From contig CAXXMB010000002.1 of NCBI GenBank assembly GCA_963668675.2, positions 2,336,001 to 2,400,000 of the forward strand: a DNA stretch of 64,000 bases, in the 5' to 3' direction. The position numbers were made by a program, and so were the translations under genes. The notes beneath the pieces were generated by a model. It had not been told where the DNA came from. It searched no databases and worked only from the letters and a program-made list of their open reading frames with translations. Origin of the DNA: an uncultured Desulfatitalea sp. (lineage in GTDB: Bacteria > Desulfobacterota > Desulfobacteria > Desulfobacterales > Desulfosarcinaceae). Below are positions 60,458 through 64,000 of this stretch, in pieces (within the stretch, counting starts at the first letter, position 1; the number at the start of each line of letters is the position of its first letter).

Positions 60458-61171
60458 ATGAAATCCGCTGAATTGCCCTATGTGCGCGATATGTTTAACC
60501 ACATCGCGCCCCGCTACGATTTTTTAAATCGATTGCTGAGCCTTCGTCGGGATGTTTACTGGCGCCGCGAGCTGGTCGGCCGCCTCGATGTGACACCCAC
60601 GGCCCGCATTCTGGATGTGGCCTGCGGCACCGGGGATGTGGCCCTTGAAATCGTTCGCCAGCGGGGACGGGGGGTCTTCGTGGCGGCAGCGGACTTTGCC
60701 CCCCGGATGTTGCATTTGGCGCAACCCAAAATCCACGACCGGGAAGCAAGGGACAGCATCGGCCTGTTGGCCGCCGATGCCTTCAGGATGCCTTTCGGCC
60801 AGGATCTGTTCGATGCGGTCGCCATCGCTTTCGGCATTCGTAATATTCAGGACAAGGCAACGGTGTTAAGGCGCTTTTACGACCTTTTAAAGCCGGGAGG
60901 GCGGTTGGCCGTGCTGGAGCTGGCCACCCCCGACAGTAGTTTGTTGAGAAGGGCCTATCTCTTCTACTTCAACCGGCTGCTACCCCTGGTGGGGCGACTG
61001 TTCAGCAAACACGCCTTCGCCTACAGCTACCTGCCTGCCTCCGTGGCCCAGTTTCCACCAGCAGCGGAATTTGCGGTGATGATGCATTCGGTCGGTTTTC
61101 ATAAGGTGAATTACCGCAAGATGACCTTGGGGGTTGCAGTGCTCTTTATCGGCGACAAGCCGCCAAAATAG
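60458..61171 (+). CDS. UbiE/MenG family C-methyltransferase
   Basis: MFNHIAPRYDFLN, LDVACGTGD, AFGIRN, LKPGG, AYSYLPAS; start uncertain (60437 or 60458). Confidence 0.92.
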   Translation: MKSAELPYVRDMFNHIAPRYDFLNRLLSLRRDVYWRRELVGRLDVTPTARILDVACGTGDVALEIVRQRGRGVFVAAADFAPRMLHLAQPKIHDREARDSIGLLAADAFRMPFGQDLFDAVAIAFGIRNIQDKATVLRRFYDLLKPGGRLAVLELATPDSSLLRRAYLFYFNRLLPLVGRLFSKHAFAYSYLPASVAQFPPAAEFAVMMHSVGFHKVNYRKMTLGVAVLFIGDKPPK

Positions 61172-61221
61172 CCCGTTGGTCAGAAAGAGCGGACGTTACA
61201 TAACAACGAAGAGGATGCGAT

Positions 61222-61632
61222 ATGCAAACTGCCAGTGAACGTCGGATGAGTGTGGGATTGTTGATCATGCGGTTGGGAATCGCCCTGAGCCAGTTTGTCT
61301 ATGCGCTGCCGCGTATTATCGACGGAAAGGGAACCTGGACCCTCGTGGGTCGGGAGATGCGGTTTTTGCATGCTGATTTTTCCGCCCAGGTGGTCGGCCT
61401 GATTCTGCTGGCCGTAGAGATTCTGGCTGCAGTAGGCCTGCTGACCGGATACCTTTTCCGGGTTAGCGCCCTCTTACTGGCCGCCGTTTACGGCCTCTAT
61501 TTCTTCAATTTTATCCATGTCGGCTATAAAACCCTGCCGCTCTACGCCGGAGCCCTGGCTTGCATCTGCATCGGCTTGCTATTCTCCGGGCCGGGCCGGT
61601 TCGCCGTCGCCGTCAAGATCGAAACCAAGTAG
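61222..61632 (+). CDS. DoxX family membrane protein
   Basis: GLLIMRLG, four TM helices, GPGRFAV; GAGG RBS. Confidence 0.8.
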   Translation: MQTASERRMSVGLLIMRLGIALSQFVYALPRIIDGKGTWTLVGREMRFLHADFSAQVVGLILLAVEILAAVGLLTGYLFRVSALLLAAVYGLYFFNFIHVGYKTLPLYAGALACICIGLLFSGPGRFAVAVKIETK

Positions 61633-61674
61633 GAGAAGCGCAACGTGCTTTACCCCGCGGAGTAGATACGAGTT

Positions 61675-62580
61675 ATGACCCAAACCAATAACGATATCAC
61701 CCTCTATAATCGCAGATCCGGCCAATTTGAGACCGAACAGGTCTATGGCCGTAAGTGGATGGATATCTTCTATGGCACCACCTGGGGGCGCGCCATTACC
61801 GGCTGGCTGCTTTGCCGGCACCCGCTCTCCAGACTCTACGGCCGGCTTCAACAGCATCCCCGCAGCCGCGCCAAGATCGACGCTTTCGTCACCCTGTATG
61901 GCATCGATCTCTCCGAAGTAGAGATCCCGCCGGGTGGCTTCGCCTCTTTCAACGACTTTTTCATCCGCCGACTCAAACCCCAGGCCCGACCGATCGATAC
62001 CGACCCATCAGCAATGGTTTCGCCGGCCGATTCACGGCTCAGCGTTTTTCCCATAGAGCCGGACACGCGCTTGACGGTCAAGGGCGCCTCCATGAGCGTC
62101 TCCCAACTGCTGGGTGGCACCCATTTGGACGACGGTTTCATGGGGGGAACCTGCCTCGTCTATCGCCTGGCACCTTGCGACTATCACCGCTTCGGCCATG
62201 TGGATGAGGGCGTCCAGGGCCCGGTCCACATCATAGACGGACCATTGCACTCGGTCAGCCCGCTGGCCCTGCGCCACAAACCTGATGTCCACTGCACCAA
62301 CTACCGGCACTGGTGCGAGGTGCAGAGCCCGCACTGGGGCACCATCCTTCAGATAGAGGTGGGCGCCATGATGGTGGGCAGCGTCGTCCAGCTCCAACCG
62401 GATGGCGGCCCTTGCCGAAGAGGCCAGGAGAAGGGCTATTTCCAGTTCGGTGGTTCGACGGTGATCGTACTACTGGAGTCGAATCGCGTTCGTATGGATG
62501 ATGATATTATGGAACACTCCCAGCAGGGGATTGAAACGCTAGTTCGGTATGGTGAAAGGGTGGGGACTTTTACAGAATAG
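61675..62580 (+). CDS. psd: Phosphatidylserine decarboxylase proenzyme (GGST type)
   Basis: SFNDFFIR.LK..RP, SPADS, RLAP.DYHRF, VGAMMVGS, GYFQFGGST cleavage motif. Confidence 0.92.
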   Translation: MTQTNNDITLYNRRSGQFETEQVYGRKWMDIFYGTTWGRAITGWLLCRHPLSRLYGRLQQHPRSRAKIDAFVTLYGIDLSEVEIPPGGFASFNDFFIRRLKPQARPIDTDPSAMVSPADSRLSVFPIEPDTRLTVKGASMSVSQLLGGTHLDDGFMGGTCLVYRLAPCDYHRFGHVDEGVQGPVHIIDGPLHSVSPLALRHKPDVHCTNYRHWCEVQSPHWGTILQIEVGAMMVGSVVQLQPDGGPCRRGQEKGYFQFGGSTVIVLLESNRVRMDDDIMEHSQQGIETLVRYGERVGTFTE

Positions 62581-62644
62581 AGACTTTCCTATTAGCTGAA
62601 GCTTCCTCGTAAAAAGTACAGGCGTTATGCATTTTTTCGAATGA

Positions 62645-62824
62645 GGTGAGGTGGACAGGGAGTATCCAATGCATTCAGCGTATGGTTTGACTGCCGCTTA
62701 GATGCAGTGGAGGATAAGCGGTCCGCACTGTTTGAGCGTTGCGAGTTTGCCGGACCGCCTGGAGCGCATCTTAGCGGCAGTCAAACCATTAACCGTCGCA
62801 TTGATACTCCCTGTCCACCTCACC
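62645..62824. repeat. 180-bp long imperfect palindrome (MITE/REP-like)
   Basis: Nested arms: GGTGAGGTGGACAGGGAGTATC/GATACTCCCTGTCCACCTCACC (22 bp), TGGTTTGACTGCCGCT/AGCGGCAGTCAAACCA (16 bp), AGATGC/GCATCT, GCGGTCCG/CGGACCGC. Confidence 0.85.
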
Positions 62825-62864
62825 GGCGCATACCATCGTAACTCATTTTTACCAATCGCTTAGA

Positions 62865-63686
62865 CTATCTCAACATCAAAACGCAGCCGCACTGCTCCTG
62901 GCAGGCCACGTGGATATCAAAAGATCGATCGCCATTGGACTCGCCCAGGGCCAGCTCTACCGCCTTCAACGCTTTTTCCGGGGTGTTGTTGGTTTCGCTC
63001 AGGTGGGCCAGGATAACATGGCATAGGCCGTTGTGTTTGATCTCCGCCAGCAGATTGCCGGAGTCTTCGTTGGAGAGGTGGCCGTTGCGGCTCTTGATGC
63101 GCTGTTTGAGTGGCCAGGGATAGGGGCCGTCGATCAGCATGGCAGGGTCGTGGTTAGCCTCAAGGACGAGAAGATTGCAGTCTTTTAGATGCTGCCGGAC
63201 CATGCCGGTGGCAATGCCCAGATCCGTGGCAATCCCCACTTTGCGTCCGTTTCGGGAGAGGGTGAACCCGGCCGGGTCCTCGGCATCGTGGGATGTGGAG
63301 AAGGGGTGGATCGTCAGGCCGTTGATACTGAATGACCGGCCGATTTCAAACGAACAGATCTCGTGCAGGCGACCCAACTGCGTGCCCGTCGCTCGTTGGG
63401 TATGGGGAGAGATGTAAACCGGAAGCTTGTAGCGGCGCGACAGCACGCCCACACCCCGGATATGGTCGCTGTGCTCATGGGAGACGACGATGGCGCCCAG
63501 TTTTTCCGGTTGAAGCCCGGCCATGGTCATGCGCCGTTCGATCTCGATGCCGGACAGTCCTGCATCTACTAGCAGTGCGGTCTCTCCATCGCTCACATAG
63601 ATGGCGTTGCCCTTACTGCCGCTGGCCAGGGCGCACACCGAGAGCGTGCACGCATCGGATTCCGTGAGAGGGGTACGATAGGTCAC
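62865..63686 (-). CDS. MBL-fold metallo-hydrolase (YycJ/WalJ-like)
   Basis: LASGSKGN, VDAG, SHEHSDH, HDA.DP, ATDLG, EANHD, GHLSN, AHLS.TNN; start uncertain. Confidence 0.9.
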   Translation of the reverse strand: MTYRTPLTESDACTLSVCALASGSKGNAIYVSDGETALLVDAGLSGIEIERRMTMAGLQPEKLGAIVVSHEHSDHIRGVGVLSRRYKLPVYISPHTQRATGTQLGRLHEICSFEIGRSFSINGLTIHPFSTSHDAEDPAGFTLSRNGRKVGIATDLGIATGMVRQHLKDCNLLVLEANHDPAMLIDGPYPWPLKQRIKSRNGHLSNEDSGNLLAEIKHNGLCHVILAHLSETNNTPEKALKAVELALGESNGDRSFDIHVACQEQCGCVLMLR

Positions 63687-63690
63687 GCCG

Positions 63691-64000
63691 TCAATCCGAT
63701 CCCGTGCTGCCAAATCCACCCTCGCTGCGCTCGGTTTCATCCAGTTCGACCACCTTTGTCACCTGCGCCCGGCACACCTCCTGAATAATCATCTGGGCAA
63801 TCCGGTCGCCGCGCCGGACTGTATAAGCAATGTGGGACAAGTTGATCAGGCCGACCTTGATCTCTCCGCGGTAGTCGCTGTCGATGGTGCCCGGAGCGTT
63901 GACGATGGTGACACCGTGCTTGACGGCTAGTCCGCTTCGCGGCCGAATTTGCGCTTCGTATCCATGGGGCATGGACATGGCCAATCCGGTTGGAATCAGG
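63691..64000 (-). CDS. dut: dUTP diphosphatase (5' end outside the window)
   Basis: [38 protein letters not shown]. Confidence 0.95.
   Translation of the reverse strand, partial: LIPTGLAMSMPHGYEAQIRPRSGLAVKHGVTIVNAPGTIDSDYRGEIKVGLINLSHIAYTVRRGDRIAQMIIQEVCRAQVTKVVELDETERSEGGFGSTGSD

Overview
GC-rich, gene-dense bacterial chromosome segment of mostly core genes. Gene content (non-decarboxylating glutaryl-CoA dehydrogenase, TAXI-TRAP transporter, 7TM/PAS sensors, a Sec-containing DsbA) suggests a sulfate-reducing deltaproteobacterium (Desulfobacterales-like); this is an inference. In order: two small gene scars, ettA, a DsbA/FrnE-family selenoprotein missed by the ORF track (UxxC plus SECIS-like hairpin), thiolase with glutaryl-CoA dehydrogenase, ilvE, and a 13.7-kb alpha-glucan cluster (galU, GT4, 1432-aa GH13+GH133 debranching enzyme, stand-alone CBM48, glgP, glgA, GH13_8-like glgB; no glgC in the window). 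Then a lytic transglycosylase, OsmC, a PAS-HisKA protein without an ATPase domain, an HDAC-family deacetylase, TAXI-TRAP, MarR-RND-TolC, flavodoxin with an FAD oxidoreductase, a hybrid kinase, htpG, ftsE-ftsX-envC-ctpA-deacetylase, pyrE, a YcbK-like peptidase, DMT, radical SAM, PAS kinase, diguanylate cyclase, murB, queD, dnaJ, a UbiE/MenG methyltransferase, DoxX, psd, an MBL hydrolase and partial dut. No rRNA, tRNA, CRISPR, transposase or prophage was seen. Several palindromic REP/MITE-like elements lie between genes. The most notable items are the eukaryote-like glycogen toolkit linked to galU and the hidden selenoprotein. All calls come from motif reading by eye; no database searches were run.
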